DNA of 64,000 nt from Gordius albopunctatus (lineage: Eukaryota). Shown here piece by piece: positions 25,015 to 39,947 of the stretch; the stretch's first letter is position 1; every line of letters begins with the position of its first letter. Location: the NCBI GenBank assembly GCA_964276515.1, contig OZ193909.1, positions 15,190,001-15,254,000 of the forward strand, read 5' to 3'. Below the pieces are notes generated by a model, which ran no database searches, was not told where the DNA came from, and saw only the letters and a program-made list of their open reading frames with translations. Made by a program: the position numbers and the translations under genes.

Positions 25015-27990
25015 AACGCATAAAAATGGCGTGGCAATTATATTAGACTCCCATCTGCAAGATAAAGTCATTGAGGTACAAAGAAAAAGTGGGCGACTCA
25101 TGATCTTGAAACTATGCATAGAAGGCCAAATGATTAATGTAGTTTCCGGATATGCTCCGCAAACAGGATGCACAGATGAAGAAAAGGAGGACTTTCCGAA
25201 GGAATTCGACAAAACGCTGCGAATGATACCCAGAGCCTAGATAGTTATAATTGGAGCGATATGAATGGTCACGTAGGCAAAACAAGAGAAGGATTTGAAC
25301 GGTACAATGGTGGAAATGGCTACGGAGCGAGAAACGATGAAGGCAACGAAATATTGAAAATAGCAGTTGCATTTGATTTGGCCATCACAAATACCTTCTT
25401 CAAAAAGAATGTAAATTACCTAATAATGTACAAAAGTGGAAATCGATCTTCGCAGATTGACTTTCTCCTAATATCAAGAAAGGAATTAAAGAATGTACGA
25501 GATTGTAAGGTGATACCAGGTGAGGCTATTGCAGCCCAGCATAGACTCTTTGTGATGGACTATACTATCTCCAAGGCAAAAACACAAAAGCCGAAGAGAT
25601 TAAATAGGAAAATCAAATTGTTCCAGCTACCAAAATTGAAAGATATTTACAATGACCAAATAGTTGAAAGGCTGCAAATAGATGATCAGCAGAATGCTAA
25701 CGATATGTGGAATAACATAGCTAACACGGTACGATCAGTAGCGAGATTTGTTATAGGAGAAGGTAAACCAGGTATACAAAAAGATAAGGAGACATGGTGG
25801 TGGAACGTAGACGTACAACGCCTGGTCAAGTTGAAAAGAAAGCTTTATATGGTCAGGCAACAGAAATTAGGAAACGATTGGCATATGTGAAAGCTAAAAA
25901 TGAGGCAAAACGTTGTGTAGCCAAGGCTAAAACACAGGTCTACGAGAATTTGAATGCCAAGTTAACCAATAAAAAAGGGGAAAGAATGATCTACAAAATC
26001 GCAAAGACCAGGGCAAGGAACTCAAAGGATGTGGTAAACGTGAAAACCATAAAGAGCAAAGATGGCATCACTCTAACTCTGGAACATCAAATCATAGATC
26101 GTTGGGAAGAATACTATAAAGAATTATTAAACAGTGAAAATGGGTTTTCGGACTACTGCGATAGCAAGAACTATGAATATGACCCAGAGTTAGAAGTGAC
26201 AGAAGAAGAGGTTGACCAGGTGCTTAAAAAGATGACCAAGTGTAGAGCGGTGGGACCTGATAATATAACTATGGAAGCTTTCAAAATGCTAGGAACCTTA
26301 GGTGTACATCTACTTGCAAAGCTGTTTAACAAAATACTTGCAAGTGGTAGGATGCCTGATGAGTGGAGGGAAAGCTATGTTATACCCATAAACTAATAGA
26401 CTGCTCATTCCCTTTTAAAAAGTGTTCCACATTTTGGTAGCCATTTTGAAAAGTGAAACATGAATTTTGGCCAATTTATGTGGTTTTATGAATTTTTAAA
26501 ATAGCTATAATGATTAAAATGGGTTGTTTCATGTTATAAGATCAATGATTATTGTCCCCAATACAATCCATCGCTATACAAACTCTACTCCACTTATCAA
26601 AATGGGGGTCGTTTTTGGCAACACTTTCGATGCGTGAATATATAAGAGATGAGCAGTCTATTAGTCTATGGTTATACCTATCTATAAATTGAAGAGAGAT
26701 GTACAAGAATGCAACAACTATCGAGGGATAAAGTTAACGAGTCACGTAATGAAGGTGTGGGAAGAGGTTATATAAGCTAGACTCCGAAAAATAATATCAA
26801 TAGATGAACGAAAAATTGGGTTCATGCCTGGAAAGTCGACTTCAGATGAAATACATGGTCTTAGGAGACTTATGGAAGTATATAAGGAAAAACAAAAGGA
26901 TCTTCATATGTGTTTCATCGATCTTTAGAAAGCTTTCGATAAAGTGCCAAGGCAGTTGATATGGGATAGCCTGAGTTCCAATGGTGTACCCGAGGCTTAT
27001 ATAATGTTAATAAAGGATTTGTATAGAAACCCAAAAACCAAATTACGGACATCCAGTGGGACATCAAAGGGATTCAGTCTAAATGTCGGTGTGCATCAAG
27101 GATCGGCCCTAAGTCCAGTGCTCTTCATAACAATAATGGATTCGATAACGAAGGACCTGAAACGCGAATCACCTTGAGCAATGCTCTTTGAGGATGATAT
27201 CGTCCTGTGCGCAGGCTCAAACGTGGAATTAGCAGAGCAGGTAAAAGTGTAGATGGAACGAATTGAAAGCAAAGGCCTTAGAGTCAACCGAGATAAAACT
27301 TAATATGTATGCTTGGAGTCGGGGAATGAATACAAAGAAGCACACCTGGAAATCGATGACTGGTGTTTAAGCATCAGGAAAGAATTCAAATATATTGGTT
27401 CTAGGGTAGAATGTGATAGAGGTGTGGAAATAAAAATTAAGGCAAGAATAAACGCAGGCTGGCTAAAATTCAGGGAGTTGAGTGGTTTCCTATGTGACAA
27501 GCACATACCACTCAAATTAAAAGGACGGTTATATAACACCGTTATTGTACCCACGGTATTGTATGGAGCGGAAACCTGGGCAATTAAGGCAAAAGAGGAG
27601 CAAAGCTTGTCTACAATGGAGATGCGAATGTTGAGATGGATCTTGGGAATAAGTAAAAAGGACCATATAAGGAATCAAGACATAAGGGATAAACTAAATG
27701 TAGTTACGATTCATAGAAAGTTGGTGGTAACGGTAAGAAGATTGAGATGACAGATGGTATGGCCATTTGGAGAGACAGGAAGAAGGTCACTCTGCAAATC
27801 GTATCAAGAAAGTGCAAGTCGAAGGTAAGCGAAAGAGAGGGAGGCCTAAACTGACATGGAAGCATAAAATTGATATGGACTTAAAAAGGTACGAGCTAAA
27901 GTGAAGCTGGTGGAAGTGCAGGAATACATGGAGAACCTACTTGAAGGAGCTGACCACTAAATGTGATAAACTGCTATAGGGAAAAAAATA
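25015..27990 (+). mobile_element. Decayed RTE-clade LINE (APE endonuclease + RT)
   Basis: NGVAII, SGYAPQTG, GDMNGHVG, SQIDF, NYRGIKLTSH, GVHQGSALSP, FEDDIVL, YGAETW, RGRPK. Many stops and frameshifts. Confidence 0.9.
26387..26670. mobile_element. hAT-type MITE inserted in the RTE
   Basis: TIR CATAAACTAATAGACTGCTCAT / ATGAGCAGTCTATTAGTCTATG. TSD GTTATACC. Confidence 0.85.
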
Positions 27991-29639
27991 GTTGAAGAAA
28001 GTTTACAAATCCATCGTTGGACCAGTGGTACCCTATGGAAGTGAACCTTGGACACTATGCTTCATGGAATTAAAGTTATTATATGCCACACAGGTGGATG
28101 AAAATGAGAAGGTGGAGGCTCGGGTATACTAAGCTCGCCCATATGACTAATGACGTTCTCAGGCCAAAAATTGGTATTCAACCTATGGTGGGCTTGATTA
28201 AAGTAAATCGGCTAAAGTAATATGCTCATATACTAAGAATAAAGACACAGGTTGTAAATCGAATTGTAGTGGACATGGAAAACTGAGGAAGTGAAAGAGG
28301 ACGACCGTTGGGCAAAGTTATGAAAACTAAAAAGATAATTCATTAAGAAGAAGAGTGTTTTTTTTATTTTTGTGAAGGGGGCGATAGGAAATTTTTCTTC
28401 ATTATAATGCGATAGCTGAATGGGAACCACTGCTCCGTAATAAAGCATTTTTTACCATCTTTTTCAATATTTTAGCCCATAAGAATTTTTTTATTTTAAA
28501 AATTTACCTTATTTAACATAGTATTACAAACACTGTAATGCTTTTACTAACTTAGCTTAGATTGTAATAAATGATATATGCATTTAGTCTATATTTATGA
28601 CGTAAAACTTGATTGTTGGTTTTAGTTTAGTACATCATACTTAATTGATACAATTTATAAGAAATGTTTTGTAAATACCTAAATATTTTTACAAAATGTA
28701 TGAAAAATAGGAGCATTAAATTAACGAAATCTGAAATTCCTATGAATGATAATAAAAATGTGGTTTTTCTCAGGTATAGAAAAATTGAGGATGAAAATCT
28801 GCAACACGAGGAGGAAGAGTGGATTGAAATTTTAAAACTAAGATTCTGGATACAACTGCTTTAAATAATTTATTTTGTTCACATTAAAATATGGATTCAT
28901 ATTGTGTCTTCAAGATCTCCTCCCTTACACAATTTATAAAAAGCTATAAAGAGAGGCGCTTGCTGCCTAAATCTTATCTTCATCTCTATAATATACTTCA
29001 GTACAATTATTTTCCAAAATATTCCAAGCTGATTTTTAATTAAAATGCTGCCTTCCTTGGATGATGGGTATAACAGCTTTCTAAGTTTACATATGCGTAC
29101 AAGCATCTTGCCACTTCCATTTCAAATTAATTTAAAATTTATAAAATAGTAAACATGAGTAGCCGCATAGAATCGATTAGTGTTTCGATCTCGTCTCGCT
29201 CTAGAAAAATCATTGTCTCATCTCTACGAGAATTCGAGACTTGTCTCGACTTTATAAAAAAAAGAATACGAAATAAAAATTCATCCTACTTTATTAAAAA
29301 AAAATTAAATAAGTGTCGAAAAAATCCAAATGCAAATCTTTCTATTACTTAAAAAATCTTTATACACAAGCTTTTAAAAATCTAGCGCGATACGACATCT
29401 CATTGACAATATTAAGATATGAACTAATGCATAAAGACAACGTTTTCTATGAAAAGTGTAAATTAAAAATCTTTAATTAAATTTGTAGGATAGAAAATTA
29501 AATTTTATAGTTTAAGCAAATTTTAAAATTTGTATAAAATTTATTGAGTCTGTCAAATATGAATAGACTTAAAAAATTTAAGTTGAGCTATATTTTAGTA
29601 AGTTAAATATTTGGACAAATTGAGATTCTATAATAACCC

Positions 29640-30900
29640 TGGCTATCTCACCCATAAGCAGCTATTTCCGAATTTTGGTAGGGGTCTAAGACAACCTAAG
29701 GGCCGCAAGGTCAAGAAAGCCGTTCAGACACCCCCACCGAACCCGACATAAGCAAGTCTAGGCGAAAGCCTCATCCCATTATGTCCTCTTCACTCTAAAG
29801 ATCGCCTTCGAGAGATATCGTGCCCCGTTGAACCTGAACTTATCAAAGCCAAGGGGGGTCCTTATACTTTGCCAAAGCCTAAAATAACGTCCAATAAAAT
29901 TTGAGCAAACTTTACCAAATTTGAAATAGCCGTAATCATGTTGCAGACCCTTGTTCTCGCATTTCGATCCGTCACCTTTTATATCGCAAAAATGAATAGG
30001 GGTGCGAAAGTTATTAGGGATTTATTGAAGGCCTTAAAAAACCTCTTCCGGTACTCAATGCACCTCTATACCAAACCTATCATGGCTAAACAACTGTCCA
30101 GAGAAAAGTACGTGGCTCAGATTGACTTAAAGGCTTCTTTGTCAGCAAAAGTTCATGGGCTAAAATTGGAAAAAACATCTCAACCATTACAACGTTTTCT
30201 CTATGAGTGGCTCTTCCAGGTACAAGTACAATCATATTGATGACTTTCTTTTATATAACCATGGCTACGATGACCTAAAGGACCCAACTTCTAAGTCGCA
30301 CACTGGTAGCGCTTTAGGAGGCGACTAAATTAGCTGCAGAAAGACAACAAGAAACTAATAGGCAACAGACCGAAACCATGTTAAGTTACTTAAAACTTCA
30401 CTTTCCCATACAGTAAACCAGGCTTAAAGATCAATCTGAGAATGCCTTCTACGGTGATATACCACCAGTTCCAAAACCTCCGCTCACATTAGAATACACC
30501 CTGGCTGGCATCAAGCTTTATGCAAGGCTTGAGAGACTTCACACTACGTCCAAATCCTTAAAAGAGCGTCAGGACTTACCGGCACTTTTCAGTGACCAAA
30601 ATACCCACCCGATTTTATACATCTATAGCTTAATTTATTAGGAATGGGGTCGTATAATTTTTCACTTAATACCATGGATATCACCGTGTCACAACGCCTC
30701 CTCCGCTAAGTTCCCTTCGTCGGGATCTACTCTCTAACGATATGGAACCGTTGCTGCAAGCTCATAAAACGCCATTCGGATGGGCCAAGCAACCCACATC
30801 AAATATCCGCAGCGACAAACCTTAAGTACTCATGCATAGCTAAAAACTCATCCTCTTATGTGCCTCCTTACTTTGTATGTCACCTTTGAAGTATATTGAG
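29640..30900 (+). pseudogene. Highly decayed third member of the RT-RNase H element family
   Basis: PHPIMS..TLKIAFE and VTFYIAKMNRGAKVIRDL...AKQLSREKYVAQIDLKA align with PHPLMSPFTLKVAFE and ATFFIAKQNGEARVITDL...AKKLAKANYAAKIDLKA of 4201..6438. IPWISPCHNA at about 30670 resembles IKWISTNSNPA. Confidence 0.75.
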
Positions 30901-31182
30901 TCTCGCTATCAAAGCCTTTGGTAGTCCTTATACTCTGCTAAAGCTTAAAATAATGTTCAAAAAATGCCATATTATATCCACTTATATTTCAAACAAATAC
31001 AAATATCTGTACTTAATAAACACGTATCTCTATTTTAGCCAAATTATAGTTTCACTAAGCAACCAACATTTTGTAGAAATTACCATAAACTCATTAATTT
31101 TATAAATTGTTAGGTATACCTCCAACATTAAATACGTAGAATAAAGTCTCTTCATTCATTCACTTTTTTATTGTTGCCCCCA

Positions 31183-34100
31183 ATGGCCGACAGGGTTCCT
31201 AAATTAGACACAAATATACTCTCTTTGCTCTATAACATTGAGAGAGATAAAGAGAAGGGGTCTTCAGATAGCGAAGAAAGTCTTATAAATGATCGTGAGC
31301 ATTACACACAAAAACTTTGGAACTATTTCCAATACGCTACAGTTGCAATATCACAGCTTTATAAAAGTGTGTTGCTTTTAATATGACAAATTTACGTTAA
31401 TTTCATTAAAATTTTGTAGATTGCGAGATTTATATACCTCAAGGGGAAGGTGAAAGTCTTTGGCTACCTTTTCAGAGTGCATCCTTAGCAGTCACCTCTC
31501 TTTACAAAGGTTATTAATGAAACTCCTGATTCATAAATAACAAGACTACCATTTTATGGTTTATGAGAGTTAATTTCCATTTTTTGTTTTTTAGTCTATC
31601 CACTATTTCATAGTTATATTGTAAAGAATGTACATATTTTTGATAGTGTTGGATTTATTTTTACATGGATTATATCTGCATATCAATTTATATTTTAGAG
31701 GCCATTGAATCTCAAAAGAAAAGATTTGAGCTAGGATTTAGACTGGGACAAAAAAAGAGAAACAAAGAGTTAATTGCTTGGTTGTCACACTATTGCCATC
31801 CAACCAGGCGCAATAATAGAATTAGGAAAGATGATCTTTTGTTGTTTTTAAACCACTTGGATAGAAAAAGTTGTGGATTAAATAAAAAATGTTCATCTAT
31901 GTCCCCACAACATATCTATTCTTCACCTAGGTCATAAATGAATATATTTAACTAAGCTTGTAATTATAAATGGTTACTTTTTAGATTAATTTTATAAAAT
32001 TAATTTTATTTTACATAATTTGCAAGTTAATTATTAGGTATTTAACATCCTCAATAATATTATATTATAGAGGCAGTTATTTTTCCTCATCACCTTCTCC
32101 GTCACCAAATAGTATTTATAATCACAGGGTAAAATATGCCAATGATCAAGGTATGCTTTTTAAATAGTTGCCTTAAATGTTTTCTTTAATTTTAGAGATT
32201 CAAGATGATTTTAGATCAAATAGAAAATCATCAATCAATGAAGATTTGGATTTACAAACTTTTGTTCAAGCTTTGAACATGCATGGTAAGCTCAACATAT
32301 ATACTTTACTTGACCATCCTTAAGTAAACTTAATGAATATTTAATTAAAAAATAAAGAATACATTTTTTTAAATTAGCCTTCATTTATCTGAAACTTGAT
32401 TATTTCATTAGTCCATCTTAACCATATAAAATTTGAAGTTATCAGTAATCATATTTTTTAAATGCTCTTATTTTAGTGGCACCCCTTAAAAAGTTAATTT
32501 TTTACATGAAAATGTCTATTGTTGCATGAAATATTCTAAAAATGGCTGGGTTTTGCTTGGTTGACCTTTAGTTTTAGTCGATTAAACATAAACCATAGAC
32601 TAGATAACTGCTCATCAATGCACAAAATGTGTACCCTTTTTTCCACCATTTTGATATATGCATGGTAAAGTGGTGATCATATAGAAATTAGTAGTTTTTG
32701 CAAATTTAATAATCTTAAAAAAATAAATAAATATTAAATTTGGTAGATATTAAAAACAGCATTTTAAAATAAATATCATTTACAAAATACATAAAATTAA
32801 ACATTTAACAAATGCAATTAAAGTAGGACGACCAAACAAAGTCCAACACTTTTTACAACACTAGAGCAGAGGTCAGATTTGTTAGAATTTTTCTGCCAGA
32901 ACCTGGCCCTGCCCCATTTTATAATTAATCTGCCCTCCCCAACCCTTCTATGTGTCCGCCGGACAATGCCCAAATTATCCCAACTGCCCGGCCCAAAATG
33001 GTGTGTTTTAAAAATTTTTAGCATTAAAAAAATTTTATCTTAATTTTTGATTTTTTTAAATGAGAACTAGGATTAACAAGCATGAAATCAATTTAAAAAG
33101 TGGAAAATATACAAAAAACAGTATAATACATTATTTTAAAAACAAAATTGAGCCCGAATCGCCCGAATCTTGTTATGGTGCCCGAGTCCCCTCATTCTTT
33201 GGTGTTTTTATATTTATGAAAGTTCTGCTGCGGCGGTCTGTTCTACACTTATATAAATACTATCTACGCACTGAAAACTAATATATTTTATATTTTTCCC
33301 CTATGGGTCAAGTTTTTGACAAATAAAGTTGCTAGATTTTGGAGTTGTTCAAATGTCAATAACTTGCAAATCAATCGGTTGAATTTTAATTTAATAAATT
33401 GATTTATAAATAAAGGGGAGAGAAATCCACTTTGTTAATTTAATAAACATTAGAGATGCACCGATACCAAGTATCGGCATGGTATCGGCGCCGATACCTT
33501 GCCAAAAGAATCGGCCCGATACTTTGCTAGTATCGGCAATTACCAAGCCGATACCTTTTTCAATATGAAACTCAAAAAATAATATTTATAGTATCTCCTA
33601 CCATTAAAAAATAGAGGACTTTTTAAATTTTTTTAAAATTGTTTCATTTGATTGGCTATAAATATTTCTATGTTGAGTATAATAAACTCATTCACCATCT
33701 GTTCCGAATAACTCCGCTTTTAAGTAAATATTATTTTAAAAATTATTATATATTAAGCCTTAAATGGGTTCTTTAGATACGCTATGGAGTTATTTTGTTG
33801 TGTCAGCAGATGAAAATATTGTAATCTGTGAATTATGCAAAGCTAAAATAAGTCGTGGGGGCAAAGACAAAGATTCCGTTAATACTTCAAATTTAAGGAA
33901 ACATTTAAAAGGTAGACATCCAATCGAATTTCGCAGTGTTCTTAAAAATTAGAGTGATATTAGTACAAAAAAGATTAATTTGAATAAACAAAAACAACCA
34001 GCTTCTGGTATTCCATCTACATTAAAGGAAGTGATTGAGCTTAATAAAATGTGGGATAGTACCTACACATCATGATAAAGCAGAGAGTATTACTCAATTA

Positions 34101-35764
34101 ATTGAAGATAACTAAATTTTCTATATTAGTTTTTAATTTAAGCATACGTATATTTACTTTTTTATAAAATAAATTTATGTATTAATAAAATATAAAGTGT
34201 ACCATAATAAAATTTAAATTTCTTTTTTCATCTATTAATCACCACAATACTTTTGAATTAATTAATAACAACTTAATTTATTATTATAAATTAATATTAT
34301 ATTACAATTGTTTTATCGTCAAAATTCTGATCTACCAAAATTTGGATGTGACTTAATTTATAATATTTAATTTGCATATATTTTTTAGTATAAAAATTTT
34401 TTTATTATAAGTATCGGCATGGTATCGGTATCGGCAAAAAAATCTTAAGTATCGGCTGGTATCGGTATCGGCACAAAATAGTGGTATCGGTGCATCTCTA
34501 ATAAACATCAAGCAATTATGAAAAACAAACCTTTGTTTATACTTCTTTATAAAACACAGATTAAATCTAATGGATTTTGTAACGTACTTTTAGTTGGCCT
34601 TACCTATTTATCTAGCCCCGCCCGACCCCGGCCCCTTGTTTTATTCAAAGTACAAACCTCTCCAATCCCGGTACGTGCAGGTCTCTAGTGTTAGTAGATA
34701 AACACTCACTTCCTAGTGTGATAGGGAAGGGAGTGCGGCCTTAAGCCTGGAGCAATTGGTCAATGTAAAAAGATAGATAATAAGTCAATTTTGAATATAT
34801 ATATCAAAAATTGATAGAGCTAGGGTATAAAAATTAATGGATTTTTGTTCCCTTTATTAATACATCAAATTTATGAATGTAAAAATTTTACCGATTAATT
34901 TGCAAGTTATTGATGCTTGAACATCGCCAAAACTCTGTTTTTAGCAACTTTGACAGGAAATATTTCGATAACTTAACGTATAGGAGGACAAAGACTAAAA
35001 ATATGTTTGTATTCACTATAGTTGTTAAATTGCTAACTTGCTTCAAACTCCAGACAGCAGTAGCATATAGAAATGCTCGAGGACCGAGCAGAAACTTGAG
35101 CAGATGGTGGCTGGAGTTGAAGAAAGTTAGCAATTTAACAACTCTAGTATTCACCATAAGAAACTCTACCAGAATCTGCAAACAGTGTACTGCTCAATTG
35201 CATAAGCTTGGTGAGTGTTATAGGGATAACCATCATTCGATTATTGATTTGTCCTCCCATCTTTTGAGCCTAAATTATGATGACCATTTAAAGGACAGGC
35301 ACTTTTATTAGTTTAATACTAAAAGATGCATGGGCGTAGCCAGGGGGGGCGGGGCGGGGCGATTGTCCCCCTCTTACTCCAAAACTTTGTTGAAATTTAT
35401 TAAAATGATGGCTAAAATGTGTCAAAAAATATTCATTTTTGCCCTCCCCCCTCTAATTATGTGATTAAATATAAACAACCATTCTATCTCCCCACCTCAT
35501 CTAGGTTTAAATGGTGCAATGTCCGATTTTACCATGGCGGCTTCCCCCACACACCCCATGCCTAATCGCGAAAAAGAAAGTCCACAACAACCTCAACCTT
35601 CACCCACACTCTGCGAGCCTTGCCTTCTAATTGAAAACCCAGACACTATAAAAGCCCAGTTTGATTGTACACCCAAATCGAACCCTAGTAGCCTCGTGAA
35701 AAAGCGAATTTTGAACGTACAAAACGAAAGTATCCCAAAACGCCTCAAATTTAACTACAAATGA
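31183..35764 (+). CDS. HAPSTR1: HAPSTR1 / C16orf72 (TAPR1-like) homolog, about 6 exons
   Basis: Exons give QKLWNYFQYATVAISQLYK, SLWLPFQSASLAVTSLYK, FELGFRLGQKKRNKELIAW...IRKDDLL, DLQTFVQALNMHG|LNGAMS and a basic C-terminus KRLKF. GT-AG junctions, for example 31366/31420, with the last exon from 35505. Confidence 0.85.
33451..34500 (+). mobile_element. Internally deleted hAT element retaining a BED zinc finger (33764..33952), intronic
   Basis: TIR TAGAGATGCACCGATACC, TSD ATAAACAT, GTATCGG subterminal repeats. WSYF...CELC...NTSNLRKHLKGRHP. Confidence 0.9.
35017..35146. mobile_element. hAT-type MITE (same family as 10033-10235)
   Basis: TIR TA(T/G)AGTTGTTAAATTGCTAACTT. TSD GTATTCAC. Confidence 0.85.
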
Positions 35765-37420
35765 GCTCACGTAGCTTAGCGAATGCAGAATGGACCATAG
35801 AAATATGAAATTAACATCTTAGACTGCAAACACTGTCATCGTTTCTGGCTTCACCTAATGCTTTTTCCCCTCAACCCCTCAAGCTTACATATGATTTCCT
35901 TAAAATGTTTAACTTTAACCCTGTCGTTCTGTTGAATTTTCGATTTAGTGCTTTACCCATTTGTTATAACCTAAATTAATTTTATGTTTAATTCAAGATA
36001 ACCCTTGCAAAAGCTTTTAATATATAAATTATTACTTTTTTGAATTTCGAACGCTTTTCCTTCGTAGATATGCCTTCCTTTTGATCGATTTTCTAATTAT
36101 GTAAATGCTCAGTCGATTTGAATAATTATAAACTTAATAAATCAGCGGTTATAATTTTTCCCCATCACTTAGAAACATAATGTATCAAAAATCCAATTAT
36201 TATCAATTAGTATATTGTAAGTATTTTTTGAAAAGAAGGTTTATTAATATATACCCGGTTAAAAAACACTCAGTTTGAATAAGAGATCTGTAACGGGCTG
36301 TTTTTGGGAAGTCGGCCCGCCGAGGCTTTCCCTTTTTTTAAGCGGACTTCAGGCCCGCCCGTACCCGTTAGTAAAACTTTTAAGTCCGCCCGTTTCAATG
36401 CTCTTCAGGTAAGGCCCTCTACCAAGATTGGCTCATAAGGCGGGCGCGGCCCATTAAAAATCTATAAAATATATATAGCTGTTTTACTGATAATTTTATT
36501 TAAAAATCTCCTTATTGAATCGGTAAATTTTTTATTCCACATCTTGGTCCATATAAAATATGATTAGGATTATTTCTTGATTAATAACTCCACATGTTGC
36601 AATTTGTTTAAAATTACATCCTACAATAATTAAAACTTTTTCAAATGCTATCATTCAGAAATCAAATGAGTGCTAAGCGTTGCAGATCTTTATGTAATTT
36701 GATATCAACATGTCCATAAATGCACAGACAATCCTGAGTTTAATTTTTATTCTGGAAATTGGCAAAAGTCAATTAAGATGCAATAAACTTATAATATATT
36801 CAATTTAATTTTTAGTGAATTATGAATTATTTCTCTAACTCTTATTCATGGGCGTAGCCAGGGGGGGCTGCCCCCCCCTAATTTAGAAAAAAAGAAAAAT
36901 TTCAATACAAAAACCCTTAAAAATTAAAAAAATATATGTTTTGCCCCCCCCCCCCTATTTGAACTTAACTCAAATAAATACAGAGGCTTATATTAGCGAA
37001 TTTACACATAGATTTAAATTATTTTGGTAAAATTTAATCTAAATTTGAGATTTTAGATTACTAGTTGCGATTGTGTTTGTGTATTCATTATTTATTTCCT
37101 ATTCCTAAAATTAATACATACATACATACAAATTAATTTCCCTAACAATTTCAAATTTAACGGATATTCGTACCAGAGGTCAGATTTGTTGGGAATTTTC
37201 TGCCCGAACCCATCTAAGTGTCCGCCGGGGCCCGCCCGAATTGTTTAAGCTACCCGAATTGCCCGGCCCGAAATATTAAATTTGCCCGTTAGTCCCGAAT
37301 TTATGAGCTCCCAAAAAGAGGTCGGAGTAGTTTAAATTATCAACTATCAATATCCATACAATTATATATGAGAAATAATGTGTGTAACATCTAAATATGT
37401 ATATATATATAACGCGCGAG

Positions 37421-37542
37421 AAATTTTACAGCAACGAGCAGCAGAGGTTTAGACTGCGCGAGAGAAACGATAAAATACGTAAAAAACCCCATGTGAATTA
37501 TAGTAAAATTCTTAGGAACTTCTACGGTATTTGTCGTAAAGC
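37421..37542 (-). repeat. 3' terminal direct repeat of element 2
   Basis: Matches 41342-41441 apart from an indel of about 22 bp and a few other differences. Begins 3 bp after the pol stop. Confidence 0.9.
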
Positions 37543-38698
37543 AAACTAGGTGTTGTTCTGGCGGTGTGAAATGTTCGAGCGCGCCCAATACACTATCCGA
37601 CCCAACTGGTTATCGTCAAAGAAGCTTTCTCGGGATGGGATGTCGGCCTGATTTAAGTCGGTTCCCACCCATTCCAAGTTCTGTCTAATACGGAGCATAT
37701 GATCGAGGTTCATTGTATAGCAAATCTTGGTGAATGCTAACTCTAGGTGGGGTGCATGCGCCGATCCTTTTTTGATGATGTCAAAAGCCGTTTTCGAATC
37801 CGTGATGACCTTTGGCGTGATATTAGGTGTGTCCACCCATTCTTTAATATAAGCGAGAGGGAAGGCCACTAGCTCGAGAAGGTTGATGGTTGGGATTAAG
37901 TCTTGGCAGCCGGAGACAGCTAGTGCATCTCCCTTGGCAATGGAGAGGATTGATCCTCGATAAAAAAGGCCAATGTGTGATGTAGAAGCGTCTCCGGGTG
38001 TGAAACCATTAGGCTCGTGTTTCATGTGAAAGGGTGTTGAAAGGTGATTCTGGATCATGAGGATCTTTTTGACGAGCCAATCCGCATGGAACGGAATCGG
38101 ATCACCCGAGAGAAAGATGTTGTAGGCGGGAGAGAGGAATTTTGACCAGCCCGATAGCATATAGATGTAGTGAGTTAATATACCAAGACAGGTCTGGGTT
38201 ACCAGAGGATGAGGCCTTGTGTTGGTGGTAATGAAGTGGCCAATGATTTGAATGGCTGCGTCCATTTTCGTGATGAACTTTTGATTGACCCTCAGCGTGT
38301 GTTGTTCTAGGTCTACTTTGATACCGAGGTAATCTAACACTATGCGGGGCTCGAGAGAGGATTTGTTGCGATTGATAGTCAAATTCCAACATTTCGCCAT
38401 GTATAGGAATCTACGTGTGTCAGCTTTTACCAAGGTGCTTGACCGTCAATATATTAGGATGTCGTCCAAATAAACATTGTAATTGCTCTTAGTGATTGAT
38501 TTCTTACAAAGGTCCAACATGACTTGCTGAAGAACATACGGGGAGAAGCTAGCCCCCATAGGAAGGACTTTATACGAATATTTCTGCCTTCTGTATCGAA
38601 AACCGAAGAACTTTGATGATTCCGGGGCCAGGGGAATGGAGAAGAAGGCTGACTTCATGTCTATTTTCGTCATAAACAGGGAGTCCGACAATGTAGAT

Positions 38699-39475
38699 CA
38701 GAGGTCAGATTTGTTAGGAATTTTATGCCCGAACCCGGCCCGGTTCAATTTTTTAACTTAATTGACCGCCCGAGACCGCTCGAACCTTCTAGGTACCCGC
38801 CCGAAACATTAAAGCTCCCCGAACTGCCCGGTCCGAAATATTAAATTTGCCTATTAGGCCCGAAATTTTGCGATCTCAAATTCTTTCAACCACAATTAAA
38901 AAATAAACATTAAATTAATGGCATATTTAATAAAACAAGTCCATGAAAATATTTATGTAGCAATTTTTTAATTAAGTTTAAAGTTTACATATTTAATAAA
39001 TAATATTACAATAAACAAAATTATACTCCCCTTTTGAGTTAACCCGTTTGCCCTACCCATAAATAAACTTCTCAATAAATAAAATTAGTTCAATTAGTCA
39101 ATCTGTGCTCTGTTAAAACTTACTTTTTTGAGAAAAAGACAATAATTTATCAATAGAATTTAAATGCAATTTATGGATAATTCTTTTAACTTAAAGCAAA
39201 AAAGAAAGGTATAGAAAATTTTTATCATGAAAATAAGTAGTAACTTAGCGAAAGCAACGAATGATAAGGGAATAATAAAGGTTGATTGGAGAAACTTTGT
39301 GAAGGCGAAATCAAGTTTCTTAACTTTTTTAGCATTTTAATATGCAATAAAATAAAAAGTAACTAAATAATACACTATTTAAAAAATCTTATTAAGCCCG
39401 AATTGCTCGAATTCTATCTTCGTGCCGCCCGCCCGGCCCGCCCGAAAATAAAAATTTAAGACAGTCTGGTCTCTA
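38699..39475. mobile_element. Family C MITE inserted in the pol of element 2
   Basis: CAGAGGTCAGA...TCTGGTCTCTA. TSD ATGTAGAT/ATGTGGAT (one mismatch). Confidence 0.8.
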
Positions 39476-39488
39476 ATGTGGATGCTAT

Positions 39489-39947
39489 TAGTGATGATCA
39501 AAACCTAGGTTTTGATCAGGCAACCTGAGGGTTCAGGTTCGGGCGTTTTGATCAAAATTTATAAACATATAGATGGCGTCATCGAGTAATATACATGTTT
39601 AACAATTAATTAAATTTTTATATAAAAAAATCTTATTTTTTTTAAATAATAACCAAAACCTATTTTTTCTTCATTTAAAATTGTAAATATTTAAAAAGTT
39701 TGACGCATCTTGAAAGAGGAAAATAGTTAAAGTAAAATAAAAATTTATTCTTAAATTTATCGCATAAAACAAGAGATTTTTATCAGGTTAACCTGAGGTC
39801 AACCTGGGTTTCAGGTTGGGGTAAAATTGACCTGAAGGTTTTTCAGGTTGATTTTCGGGATCAACCTCAGGTTAAGGTTCGGCCGAACCTAAAACCGACC
39901 TGAGGTTGGACCTCGGGAAAACCTGACCTAGGTTTTGATCATCACTA
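39489..39947. mobile_element. Family A MITE inserted in the pol of element 2
   Basis: TIR TAGTGATGATCAAAACCTAGG. TSD GATGCTAT. Confidence 0.9.

Noticed and set aside
32867..34687. Complete family C MITE enclosing the BED hAT element
   Set aside because: The left end matches family C, but I could not confirm a matching right TIR with a TSD.
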